Shown here: in pieces, positions 1 through 8,765 of the stretch
How the letters are laid out: every line of letters begins with the position of its first letter
How positions within the stretch are numbered: the first letter of the stretch is position 1
Assembly (NCBI GenBank): GCA_040222015.1
Contig: JAVJWO010000052.1
Location: 32,001 to 96,000 of the forward strand
Direction of reading: 5' to 3'
Length of the DNA: 64,000 nt
From: Coleofasciculus chthonoplastes F2-STO-03
GTDB lineage: Bacteria > Cyanobacteriota > Cyanobacteriia > Cyanobacteriales > Coleofasciculaceae
Translations under genes and position numbers: made by a program
Notes under the pieces: model-generated
What the model was told of the DNA's origin: nothing
The model's input: the letters and a program-made list of their open reading frames with translations, nothing else
Databases searched by the model: none

Positions 1-1
1 A

Positions 2-1165
2 CGGGGAAACGTAGGAGATAAAACTCAGCGCCTTATGGCTATTTTAGCCTCTGTTGATCCGCCAACAACCCAACGGATCAAGGCAGCTTACCTAGCATCT
101 CGCCCTTCCAGCTGGAGTGATTTTCGTCCCGCCATTCCCCCCACAATCGAACAACTGTTGGCAGATTTAGCTGATATGCCTTCTGGGGATAGTGGGTACA
201 AGCGAATGGATCAGTTTGTGGCACATTTAATTGCCGATGATCAAATTCCTCAGTCCTTGCGTCAACAGTTACACGATTGGCTGAAGCAAAACGTTGATGA
301 TATTGCTCCATTACTAACTCAAATTAAACCTGAAACCGACCCAGAACAATTTTATCTCATGGTATGGATTCAGCCCAGCCAGCAAAAAAAGAATTGTTAT
401 TTTATCAAAGCCTGGTTAGCGATTCCTCGCCCATCGAATCAGGGAGAAAGCAACTATGACTACGAACCCATTTCTCTAGCCAATACTGAAGCCGAACCCG
501 TTTCCTTGACTCAGATTCCCCAGTTACTCAAAGAAATTCTGATTCAAAGTAGCCAAAAATGTGCGATGAGTGACTTAACCCTGGAATTTTTCTTACCTCG
601 TCAGTTACTTAATCATGATGTTGATCGGTGGGAAATTGAGATCAGTGAGGATTTGTTAATTCCCCTTGGCGTGGAATGTAGCGTTGTCGTGCGTTCTGAG
701 GAGCGACTTTCACCAAATTATTGTCTCAAAAAGAAAGATTGGCAGAAAAAATGGCAGCGACTCAAGCGACTTAACCATTACCCTTCCTCTAAACTTGTTG
801 CTTCAGGGGATTGTGCTTGGAATCAACTCTATGTTGAGTTAAGAAAAGAGGATATTCTTGGCTGTACTCTAGCCAAGGTTCCCCAACCGATGGGAAAAGA
901 AAGCGTTTTTAATGTGATTTTAGGGACAGCGATACCTTTAGCGATATGGGTACGGTGTAATTTAGCGCATTTAAATTGTTCCCAAGAATTAAATCAATTA
1001 TTAACGTGTTGTATTTCTGAACTTCCAACTACGATAAAAGGAAAACGGGAAGCGGCTTTTGCGTCTCATCCCCACCTGCGCGGACTGCATATTGGCTCTC
1101 ATCTTTCCCTGATGTGGGAAGATCCCGATCGCGTCCCACCTACGATTCACTATTCTACACCTTAA
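2..1165 (+). CDS. vWA-MoxR-associated protein (VMAP), C-terminal part; 5' end lies upstream of the window
   Basis: Frame is open from base 2 (RGNVGDKTQRL before the Met at 35). VMAP-C-like motifs LTLEFFLPRQLLNHDVDRW, VVVRSEERL, GTAIPLAIWVR and HLSLMWEDPDRVPP. Directly upstream of a MoxR ATPase. Confidence 0.75.
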   Translation, partial: RGNVGDKTQRLMAILASVDPPTTQRIKAAYLASRPSSWSDFRPAIPPTIEQLLADLADMPSGDSGYKRMDQFVAHLIADDQIPQSLRQQLHDWLKQNVDDIAPLLTQIKPETDPEQFYLMVWIQPSQQKKNCYFIKAWLAIPRPSNQGESNYDYEPISLANTEAEPVSLTQIPQLLKEILIQSSQKCAMSDLTLEFFLPRQLLNHDVDRWEIEISEDLLIPLGVECSVVVRSEERLSPNYCLKKKDWQKKWQRLKRLNHYPSSKLVASGDCAWNQLYVELRKEDILGCTLAKVPQPMGKESVFNVILGTAIPLAIWVRCNLAHLNCSQELNQLLTCCISELPTTIKGKREAAFASHPHLRGLHIGSHLSLMWEDPDRVPPTIHYSTP

Positions 1166-1219
1166 AAACAATGGCACTAAGAATTTGCATTTTTGGATCA
1201 CCGACATTCTTGATATATC

Positions 1220-1240
1220 GTAGGGTGGGCATTGCCCACC
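1220..1240. repeat. GTAG-type short palindrome (GTAGGGTGGGCATTGCCCACC)
   Basis: GGTGGGCA-T-TGCCCACC hairpin with a 5' GTAG. Confidence 0.75.
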
Positions 1241-1251
1241 AACCTTAATTC

Positions 1252-1410
1252 ATACCAAGTTGTAGTCTAAAGTAGAATCTGTCATGCTGAGCAGAATGCA
1301 GTGAAACGGAATGACGCGAAGCATCTGTCCAGATTCTCGTATCTCGTTCCTCGCTTCACGCTTCGCTTCACGCTTCGCTCAGAATGACATGATAGAACGC
1401 AACTTGGTAT
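1252..1410. mobile_element. MITE-like nested inverted-repeat element
   Basis: Outer IR ATACCAAGTTG (1252) / CAACTTGGTAT (1400-1410). Inner IR TGTCATGCTGAGC (1280) / GCTCAGAATGACA (1377-1389). Confidence 0.6.
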
Positions 1411-1443
1411 CAGTACCATTCAGCTTAAAAACCTTGGCGGGGC

Positions 1444-1506
1444 GTAGGGCGCACGTCGGGAAAAGGGCGCACGTCGGTCATCGGGCGCACGTCGGTGCGC
1501 CCCTAC
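1444..1506. repeat. GTAG-REP-like element with GGGCGCACGTCGG x3 at an 18-nt period
   Basis: Units at 1447, 1465 and 1483, ending GTGCGCCCCTAC. Related copies near 3618, 4391 and 32032. Confidence 0.8.
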
Positions 1507-1559
1507 AATTGTAATCGATAAATTTAATGGCATAATGCTTTTAATCATCACAATAAACA

Positions 1560-2567
1560 ATGAATAATGAGCAATCAAAAAATTGGCAGATTTTTCAGGG
1601 AACCGGAACTCCCCACAGCGAAATAAATCGCCTTCCGCCCCCTCCAAGCTGGCGTCAATTTGATGGACTAGCAGATGGTGCTACCGCCGCCAAAAAGCAG
1701 CAACGGGGGGCTACGTTTCAGGCGCGTCCAGAGGAAATTGAACTCGTTAATGCAGCACTGTATTTACGACGCCCTCTATTAGTCACTGGAAAACCGGGAA
1801 CGGGAAAAACCTCACTGGCTTATGCGATCGCGTATGAATTACAATTAGGAGAAGTGTTAAGGTGGTCAATTACTACGCGCACCAATCTCAACGATGGACT
1901 TTACCGCTATGATGCCATTGGTCGCTTACAAGATGCCCAAGGTAAGGGTGAAGATAACTTAGAGGAGATTGGTCAGTATATCCGGTTAGGTCCTCTGGGA
2001 ACCGCTTTGCTTCCCTCTGATAAACCCAGGGTATTACTAATTGATGAAATTGACAAAAGCGATATTGATTTACCCAATGATTTGCTGCATATTTTTGAGG
2101 AAGGAGAGTTTGAGATTCCGGAGTTGGTTCGGATTGCTGGCAGATTAGAACAAGTGGAAGTTCGTACCGCTTATGGCGATGAGACGGAGATAACGGCGAA
2201 CGATTTCAAGACAGTTATTAGCAAAGGACGAGTCCGCTGTCAAGCTTTTCCGTTTGTGATTTTAACGAATAATGGAGAGCGAGATTTTCCGCCACCGTTT
2301 TTACGTCGCTGTCTGCGGCTGAATATGAGGGAACCCAATCAGGATGAACTCACCCGAATTGTTAAAGCGCATTTGGGTGAAAAAGTGGCGGATAAAGCCA
2401 AGGGTTTGATTGCTCATTTTTTAAAGAAGCGAGAACAGGGAGATTTAGCTACGGATCAGTTACTTAATGCGATTTATTTACTTACTCGTGAACGGATACC
2501 ATCAGGTCAAGAAAAAGCGAAGTTAGTTGAGCAATTGCTCAAGTATTTGAGTAGTACAGAAGATTGA
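1560..2567 (+). CDS. MoxR-family AAA+ ATPase of the ternary conflict system
   Basis: Walker A GKPGTGKT, Walker B LLIDEIDK, NNGERDFPPPFLRRC, N-terminal LPPPPSWRQF. Confidence 0.9.
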   Translation: MNNEQSKNWQIFQGTGTPHSEINRLPPPPSWRQFDGLADGATAAKKQQRGATFQARPEEIELVNAALYLRRPLLVTGKPGTGKTSLAYAIAYELQLGEVLRWSITTRTNLNDGLYRYDAIGRLQDAQGKGEDNLEEIGQYIRLGPLGTALLPSDKPRVLLIDEIDKSDIDLPNDLLHIFEEGEFEIPELVRIAGRLEQVEVRTAYGDETEITANDFKTVISKGRVRCQAFPFVILTNNGERDFPPPFLRRCLRLNMREPNQDELTRIVKAHLGEKVADKAKGLIAHFLKKREQGDLATDQLLNAIYLLTRERIPSGQEKAKLVEQLLKYLSSTED

Positions 2568-2584
2568 TTCCTGTCCTTAGATAG

Positions 2585-2787
2585 CCCTCACCCCCAACCC
2601 CTCTCCCAAGGGTGGGAGAGGGGAGCAAGAGTATGTAGCAAGAGTATGTAGGGTGGGCAAGAATGATAAATCTGGAAATGCTTATAGTATCGTTAATTGC
2701 TCTTGCCCACCTCACGGTAACTGGCTTTGACTATAGGGTTCTTTATGGAATATAAATGGTGCGTTACGCTTCTCTAACGCACCCTAC
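2585..2787. repeat. Cluster of dispersed palindromic repeats
   Basis: CCCTCACCCCCAACCCCTCTCCC..GGGAGAGGGGAGCAAGA (also near 32069-32169); long-loop GTAG hairpin 2648-2711; GGTGCGTTA..TAACGCACCCTAC 2758-2787. Confidence 0.75.
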
Positions 2788-2801
2788 GATTCTGAGTTTA
2801 T

Positions 2802-3449
2802 TTATCTCATATTGTCAGAAGTTGATAGATGAATAAGTTTTTTTAAGATTCTCAAGACATCACCTAAACCATTTTTGCGATTGCCAATTCCAAACAAATC
2901 AGACATGGCATACAGAGGGGTAGCGGCTTTGACTAATTTGAGAAACAGAAAACTTCCTCCATTCGTAATCATACCGAAGCTAGGTTGCTCTGAATTAAGG
3001 TTTCCTAGCATATAGGCAAGAATTTGGGCTAATCCAGCTTCGACAGAGAAATGAGCTTGTTTTGATTCAATTACCATCACCCAAAGTTTGTCTTTCAAAA
3101 CTAAGGTGTCGAGGTTCCCTTTGACGAGAATTCCTAGTTCTTCATCTTGGGCGGAGATTTGGACACTGCTCTCGGCTCTTAAATTCAAAGGCGCTAAATA
3201 AAATTGTCCGATAAATAATAAGGGGGAGACAACTGCCAAATTAATGGGTTTTTCTAGCAGGGGTGGTTGTTTGAGTAAATTGAAATAGCCAGCGCGGACT
3301 TGTTCGAGAAGTTGTTTTTGCCAGTCGGTGAGTTCGGGTAAGTCGGATTGCCACTCCGGGAAAAACTGTTCATCGTCAACTCGCTGAAGCTGAAAGTAGG
3401 TTTCTAATTGTTCTAGAGTGACATCTCTGGCTTGAATGGTTTGAACCAT
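2802..3449 (-). CDS. PD-(D/E)xK-like nuclease (type I restriction HsdR N-terminal-like, common cyanobacterial family)
   Basis: GNLDTLVL..VIESKQ..GLAQILAYM..GMITNG motif pattern. Confidence 0.7.
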   Translation of the reverse strand: MVQTIQARDVTLEQLETYFQLQRVDDEQFFPEWQSDLPELTDWQKQLLEQVRAGYFNLLKQPPLLEKPINLAVVSPLLFIGQFYLAPLNLRAESSVQISAQDEELGILVKGNLDTLVLKDKLWVMVIESKQAHFSVEAGLAQILAYMLGNLNSEQPSFGMITNGGSFLFLKLVKAATPLYAMSDLFGIGNRKNGLGDVLRILKKLIHLSTSDNMR

Positions 3450-3576
3450 ACTATAAAAGAATAGGGGATAAAGTTTTGTACTAGGTTGTTGATTGGCTTT
3501 AGAGGAATTGTAGCTTAAGTGGGATAAGGCAGAAGGAAAGAAAGAAGTTTAGAGAAAATCTGCTGTACAATGTGCC

Positions 3577-3599
3577 TATGATTCAACAGGCGATCGCAC
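3577..3599 (+). repeat. Copy 1 of the 23-bp vWA gene start (TATGATTCAACAGGCGATCGCAC)
   Basis: Identical to 4321-4343 and 4438-4460; contains HIP1. Confidence 0.9.
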
Positions 3600-3824
3600 G
3601 ACTCAATCGGCTTCTGTGGGCGCACGTCGGTTATTGGTGTCAAGTTAAGCTACAGCCGTCACGCCTATGCCTGTCTCCCAAGCGTGACAGAGGAGAGCAA
3701 TAGGGCAGACGTAGCCTCATTCTCAGGTTTTAGAAGGGAATGAATCGCCGCCAAATCATTGCATTTGTTTGCCTGGTAATTTTCAGCCTACAATAGACCC
3801 AGAAAGCCGTTCTATGAGCAGAAT

Positions 3825-4013
3825 ATGGAAGCCATCAATATAAAAGAAGAGGCACGACGATTGATTGATAGATTGCCAGAGAATGCGACATGGGATGACT
3901 TAATGTATGAAATTTATGTCAGGGTAGCGATAGAAGCGGGACTTGCGGATAGTCAGGCGGGTAGAATAACCTCTGTGGAAACAGTGCGTCAGCAATTCGG
4001 ATTACCAACGTGA
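3825..4013 (+). CDS. Putative antitoxin of the RelE/ParE module
   Basis: 62 aa (IKEEARRLIDRLPENATWDDLMYEIYVR..IEAGLAD). Stop overlaps the toxin start (GTGA). Confidence 0.8.
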   Translation: MEAINIKEEARRLIDRLPENATWDDLMYEIYVRVAIEAGLADSQAGRITSVETVRQQFGLPT

Positions 4014-4312
4014 AGGTTTTTTGGACAGATACAGCCGTCAAGCATCTTTCCGGGATTTATGCCTACATCGCCCAAAATTCACCTCAATATGGGCGTCGAA
4101 TGGTTGATCGTCTGACGAGACGTTCGGAACAGATTGCTGCGTTTCCGGCTTCAGGTCGAATGGTGCCAGAGTTTGAGAGGGAACAAATTCGTGAAGTGAT
4201 TGAGGGTTCTTATCGGATTATTTACTACATTAAACCCGAGCAAATCGATGTACTTGCTGTGATCCATGGTTCGCAACAAATCACTGAAGATTATTCCCCA
4301 TCATCGGAGTAA
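4010..4312 (+). CDS. Type II toxin, RelE/ParE family
   Basis: VFWTDTA..LSGIYAYIA..FPASGRMVPE..REVIEGSYRIIY..VLAVIHG. Confidence 0.85.
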   Translation: MKVFWTDTAVKHLSGIYAYIAQNSPQYGRRMVDRLTRRSEQIAAFPASGRMVPEFEREQIREVIEGSYRIIYYIKPEQIDVLAVIHGSQQITEDYSPSSE

Positions 4313-4320
4313 AATGTCCG

Positions 4321-4343
4321 TATGATTCAACAGGCGATCGCAC
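4321..4343 (+). repeat. Copy 2 of the 23-bp vWA gene start
   Basis: Identical to 3577-3599 and 4438-4460. Confidence 0.9.
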
Positions 4344-4438
4344 GTTTCAATCTAGTTTTCTGGGTGCAGGTTGGGGTTGGGGTTGGGATTGGGCGCACGT
4401 CAGTGCGCCCCTACGAGGCTCATTGATTTCTATTCTCT

Positions 4439-7400
4439 ATGATTCAACAGGCGATCGCACTCCTTAATCAGGTTGGCTTAGAACTTACGGCAGAAGAGAT
4501 TGCCGATATCTTTTGGTTGGCGCTGCAAATGGGGGAAACGGAATCCGTCTCCGAGTCTCCATCTATCCCGAAAACGCCCTTATCTGAACGCCCCATAACT
4601 GAAGACTTCTCCCCAGAAACGCCGCCGATAAATTTAAATCCACCAACTACTACGGCTAGCGAACCCTACGCTGAACTCTATCCCTCTCCTCCACCTGCTT
4701 CTATCCCCCAGTCTGATTCTCATTCTCCGCCATCTGCTTCTTCTCCATCCCCTCAGCTAGATTCTCCCCCACCGTCTCAACTCCTTCCCTTTGAAACGCC
4801 AGCCGCCCCCGCCCTGCGGAATCCTTTAGCCATCGCCCGGGCAATTCGTCCCCTGATGCGGAAAGTCCCATCTCGTACTGAAACCATTCTGGATGAAGAA
4901 GCCACAGCCCGACAAATTGCCGAAAAAAATATCTGGATTCCGGTGCTAGAACCTGCACCCGAACGCTGGTTAGAATTAGCGCTGGTTATTGAGGAATCGA
5001 GTTCTCTCCCAATTTGGCAAGAAACGATTACAGAATTGCAAACGCTGTTGGAACGCCAAGGTGCGTTTCGCGATGTCCGCACCTGGCGCTTAAATGCTGA
5101 TGCCGATGAGTCATTGTACCTCTTGCCGGGACAGGGTTCAGCCACACTCAAACAACGCCCCCGCAATCCCAAGGAATTGATTGATCCCTCAGGGCGGCGG
5201 TTAATTCTCCTGGTTAGCGACTGTGTATCTGATATCTGGCGTTCAGGCAAAATCCAGACTCTGTTGCGGCGGTGGGCAAATCAGAATCCCGTGTCAGTGC
5301 TTCAGTTATTACCCGAATCCTATTGGAGACGCAGTGGTTTAGGTGCAGGGATTTCCGTGCAACTGGGGGCGTTTGCACCAGGAGTTCCCAATTCCCAACT
5401 GGTAATTGAAGAGATACCCCCCTGGCTGGAGGTGAATTTAGCCACAGCATTACCATTACCTGTGGTAACACTGGAGCCTGAACCTTTGGCACAGTGGGCG
5501 CGGCTGGTGGCGGGTACAGGGGGAACGCGGATGCCGGGAGTGTTATTTGATCCGGCGTTAATGGAGGCGATGGCTGAGGAGATGGAACAGATAATCGCCT
5601 CATGTTCAGCATCAGAGTTAGTCCAGCACTTTCGGGCAACGGCGTCTCCCACCGCCCGACGCTTGGCAGGGTTAATGGCGGCGATTCCGGTAACGTTGCC
5701 TGTGGTGCGTCTGATTCAGGAAACCATGCTGCCAGAATCGGGGCAGATTCATATTGCTGAAGTGTTTATGAGTGGGTTATTGCGTCCCATTTTAGAAGGG
5801 AATGGTAATTCACCAGATGGGAAAAACCTCTCTCCAAACCTCTCTCCTGCAAGGAGAGAGGCTTTGAATGATCCCCCTTCCTACCCCTTCGTGGAAGCAA
5901 GCTACGCAGGAAAGGGGGCTGGGGGGTTAAGTTTTTCCCATCAATCTGAACCTATTTACTATGATTTTCAACCCGGAGTGCGGGAATTGTTGCTGGATTC
6001 TATTCCCATTTCCGATACCGATGAAGTGTTGGAACAAGTGTCTCAGTTTATCGCCCGTAAAGCCGGGGTTTCGATTAAGAGCTTTACCGCGTTCCTCTCG
6101 CCTTATGCCAAATGGGATGAAACGGTGCAGCAGCAGATTGCGCCCTTCGCTCAGGTTACCCGTCAGGTTCTGCGGCGGTTGGGAGGAGAGTATGCGGCGT
6201 TAGCGGAGCAGTTGGAACGACGTTCTCCGGTTATTCCTGATATCTCAGATAATGAGGCTTCTGGGTTTCCTCCCTTACAAACCTTTACGTTTGAAGAGGT
6301 AACTATCTCCCTTAAAGCTGAGACAGAAACCGCCCTTGATCTGCAAGCATTTGATTTTAAAGTGGCAAAGATACAGATACGGAATGCTGTTAAAACTGCT
6401 GAGGAAGCCGTTTTTGCTATGACAGGACGATCATTTAACGATATTCAAAAAGGTATCCTAGGAGGAGCATTAAAAAATAAAACCTACGAAGAAATAGCGG
6501 TTTCAGGATTATACAGCTCAGAGTATGTGAAATCTATAGGCGCTAAGTTATGGAAATTACTGACAGAAGCGTTGAATCAAAAAGTTAGTAAAACTAATCT
6601 GAATGCTGTGTTAGGCAAGGGATTAACGATTCACCATTTTCAGCAACAAGCTTGGAGTTTTACCGAGGATTTAGGTAAAGGAATTCAACTAGAGATGGTA
6701 GCCATTCCCGAAGGTAGCTTTGTCAGGGGGGCACCAGAGGACGAAACTGGACGGGAAAACTCTGAATCTCCTCAGCATACGGTCACAGTTAATTCCTTTT
6801 TTATGGGTAAATACACCATAACCCAGGCACAATGGCAAATCGTAGCTGATCTACCGCGAGTTAATCGTGAACTTGAACCTGATCCATCTGAGTTTAAAAG
6901 TGCAAACCGCCCTGTAGAGAATGTGTCCTGGTATGATGCTATGGAATTTTGCGATCGCCTTTCTCAGAAAACTGGACGACTCTATCGCCTACCCAGTGAA
7001 GCCGAGTGGGAGTATGCCTGTCGTGCGGGAACAACCACCCCATTTCATTTTGGAGAAACAATTACAATCGACTTGGCGAATTACCGAGGTACGGATGACA
7101 AAAGAAGGGGTTGGTCAGGTTCCTATGGTCAAAGTCCCAAAGGGATTGATCGTCAAGAAACAACTCCTGTAGGTAGCTTTAAGGTGGCTAATGATTTTGG
7201 ACTCTACGATATGCATGGGAATGTATGGGAATGGTGTGCTGACCCTTGGCACGAAAACTATGAAGGTGCGCCAACAGATGGCAGGGTGTGGAAGGATGAT
7301 AATGATCATGATAATGAGCATCGGGTATTGCGGGGCGGTTCCTGGTTTGACTTTCCTGTAAACTGCCGTTGCGCGTGTCGCTTCCATTATTCTTCAAATG

Positions 7401-7450
7401 ACAGGAACGTCCCCGTTATGGGTTTTCGAGTTGTATGCGCCGCCGAGTAG
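4439..7450 (+). CDS. vWA (SAV_2336-like N-terminus) + wHTH + FGE-sulfatase/CLec fusion; vWA component of the ternary system
   Basis: ELTAEEIADIFWLA; LRPLMRKVPS-like LDEEAT region; LELALVIEESSS; LLVSDCVS; YDFQPGVRELL; wHTH-like KTYEEIA..GAKLWKLLTEALNQKVSKTN; FGE motifs YRLPSEAEWEYACRAG, DMHGNVWEWC, RGGSW. Confidence 0.85.
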   Translation: MIQQAIALLNQVGLELTAEEIADIFWLALQMGETESVSESPSIPKTPLSERPITEDFSPETPPINLNPPTTTASEPYAELYPSPPPASIPQSDSHSPPSASSPSPQLDSPPPSQLLPFETPAAPALRNPLAIARAIRPLMRKVPSRTETILDEEATARQIAEKNIWIPVLEPAPERWLELALVIEESSSLPIWQETITELQTLLERQGAFRDVRTWRLNADADESLYLLPGQGSATLKQRPRNPKELIDPSGRRLILLVSDCVSDIWRSGKIQTLLRRWANQNPVSVLQLLPESYWRRSGLGAGISVQLGAFAPGVPNSQLVIEEIPPWLEVNLATALPLPVVTLEPEPLAQWARLVAGTGGTRMPGVLFDPALMEAMAEEMEQIIASCSASELVQHFRATASPTARRLAGLMAAIPVTLPVVRLIQETMLPESGQIHIAEVFMSGLLRPILEGNGNSPDGKNLSPNLSPARREALNDPPSYPFVEASYAGKGAGGLSFSHQSEPIYYDFQPGVRELLLDSIPISDTDEVLEQVSQFIARKAGVSIKSFTAFLSPYAKWDETVQQQIAPFAQVTRQVLRRLGGEYAALAEQLERRSPVIPDISDNEASGFPPLQTFTFEEVTISLKAETETALDLQAFDFKVAKIQIRNAVKTAEEAVFAMTGRSFNDIQKGILGGALKNKTYEEIAVSGLYSSEYVKSIGAKLWKLLTEALNQKVSKTNLNAVLGKGLTIHHFQQQAWSFTEDLGKGIQLEMVAIPEGSFVRGAPEDETGRENSESPQHTVTVNSFFMGKYTITQAQWQIVADLPRVNRELEPDPSEFKSANRPVENVSWYDAMEFCDRLSQKTGRLYRLPSEAEWEYACRAGTTTPFHFGETITIDLANYRGTDDKRRGWSGSYGQSPKGIDRQETTPVGSFKVANDFGLYDMHGNVWEWCADPWHENYEGAPTDGRVWKDDNDHDNEHRVLRGGSWFDFPVNCRCACRFHYSSNDRNVPVMGFRVVCAAE

Positions 7451-7563
7451 AGTTTGTAATCTTTGCCCTTTTATTGTCCTTCTTACTTATACGTAGCGTT
7501 AGCTAAATTTTCTTGCCTCTGTTGTTCAACTATTAAGCATATTGAATCTAAGGTGACAAAACT

Positions 7564-8436
7564 ATGGCAACACCGCAAATCAGTAATCAAGGACAGCAGA
7601 CTAGGTTTATTGTTAAGCGTCGGCAGCGACAGGCTCAATATTTCAGCGAAGACTTGGGCAATGGTATCTTCCTGGATATGGTGGCGATTCCTGGAGGGTC
7701 ATTCCTGATGGGTTCTCCGGAAACGGAAGAAGGACACAGAGATAGTGAAAGTCCCCAGCATCCAATAACGGTTCCACCCTTTTTCATGGGGAAATACCCG
7801 GTGACTCAAGCGCAATGGCGGGCGGTTGCTCATCTGCCTCAAGTTGATAAAGAACTTGACCCTGATCCATCTAGATTTAAAGGAGCCGATCAACCAGTTG
7901 AGGGAGTATCGTGGTATGACTGTGTAGAGTTTTGTGCGCGGTTATCGCAGTACACAGGACGAGACTACCGACTTCCTAGTGAAGCCGAGTGGGAATATGC
8001 CTGTCGTGCGGGAACAACAACGCCGTTTCATTTTGGCGAAACAATTAATACGGATTTAGCCAATTACAACGGCAAACGTATTTATGCTGAAGGTCATAAA
8101 GGTCATAAGGGTGAGTATCGTAAAAAGACTACCCCAGTCGGGAGTTTTCAGGTAGCGAATGCCTTTGGCTTATTCGATATGCATGGAAATGTGTGGGAAT
8201 GGTGTGCTGATCATTGGCATGATAGTTATGAAGGTGCGCCGTCGGATGGTCAAGCTTGGCTATTAGATAACAATAAAAATGAGAATCATTATCGGCTGAT
8301 GCGCGGTGGTTCGTGGTACGCCTTTCCCAGGAACTGTCGTTGTGCGTATCGCCTCAGGAATACCCCAGACTACGGGAACAACACCGTCGGGTGTCGGGTC
8401 GTCTGTGGTGCGGTGTGGACTCCTTTGCCCCCTTGA
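7564..8436 (+). CDS. Standalone FGE-sulfatase (SUMF1/CLec) domain protein
   Basis: MVAIPGGSFLMGS, YRLPSEAEWEYACRAG, DMHGNVWEWC, RGGSW; paralogous to the C-terminus of 4439-7450. Confidence 0.9.
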   Translation: MATPQISNQGQQTRFIVKRRQRQAQYFSEDLGNGIFLDMVAIPGGSFLMGSPETEEGHRDSESPQHPITVPPFFMGKYPVTQAQWRAVAHLPQVDKELDPDPSRFKGADQPVEGVSWYDCVEFCARLSQYTGRDYRLPSEAEWEYACRAGTTTPFHFGETINTDLANYNGKRIYAEGHKGHKGEYRKKTTPVGSFQVANAFGLFDMHGNVWEWCADHWHDSYEGAPSDGQAWLLDNNKNENHYRLMRGGSWYAFPRNCRCAYRLRNTPDYGNNTVGCRVVCGAVWTPLPP

Positions 8437-8447
8437 CACTAGGGAAA

Positions 8448-8510
8448 GGGCGGGTTTTGTTGAAAAGTTATCGGTGATATCGTTTATTGAATCCCTAAAC
8501 CCGCCCCTAC
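8448..8510. repeat. Long-loop GTAG hairpin (GGGCGGGTTT-39 nt-AAACCCGCCCCTAC)
   Basis: Arms at 8448-8457 and 8497-8506; the same arms occur at seven other sites. Confidence 0.85.
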
Positions 8511-8709
8511 AGAATTTCTAAACTAAACCCTGGCAATACTTCCTCCCCTGACAATACAACAGGCATCGCCACAACTTCCACATTTTGATGATAATTAACT
8601 ATCCCTGGGGCGAACGTTCTAATGGTACATCAGGGTTTGCTATACACAGTTGATAAAACTGCGATCGCGTTAATGTCGTCGTCAGTGGCTTTAAGTTTAA
8701 TACTGTTAG
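8507..8709 (-). pseudogene. Internally deleted Uma2-family endonuclease remnant
   Basis: Minus strand reads LNLKPLTTTLTRSQFYQLCIANPDVPLERSPQG*LII (Uma2-like N-terminus with a nonsense codon), joined out of frame to HQNVEVVAMPVVLSGEEVLPGFSLEIL* (Uma2-like C-terminus). Confidence 0.75.
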
Positions 8710-8765
8710 AATTAAATCCTAACTGAGATCTGGCAACATTTGTAATCAATCCCAAGTTACCGTGT

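Noticed and set aside
1447..1500. Possible mini-CRISPR (GGGCGCACGTCGG x3)
   Set aside because: Spacers are only 5 nt and no cas genes are present; no CRISPR array was found anywhere in the window
1311..1647. ORFs 1311-1514 (+) and 1420-1647 (-)
   Set aside because: Translations of MITE/REP repeats (RAHVG x3) or overlap with moxR
3578..3703. Short ORFs starting at the duplicated MIQQAIA starts (3578 and 4322)
   Set aside because: They run into repeat sequence and stop within about 35-42 codons; treated as scars, not genes
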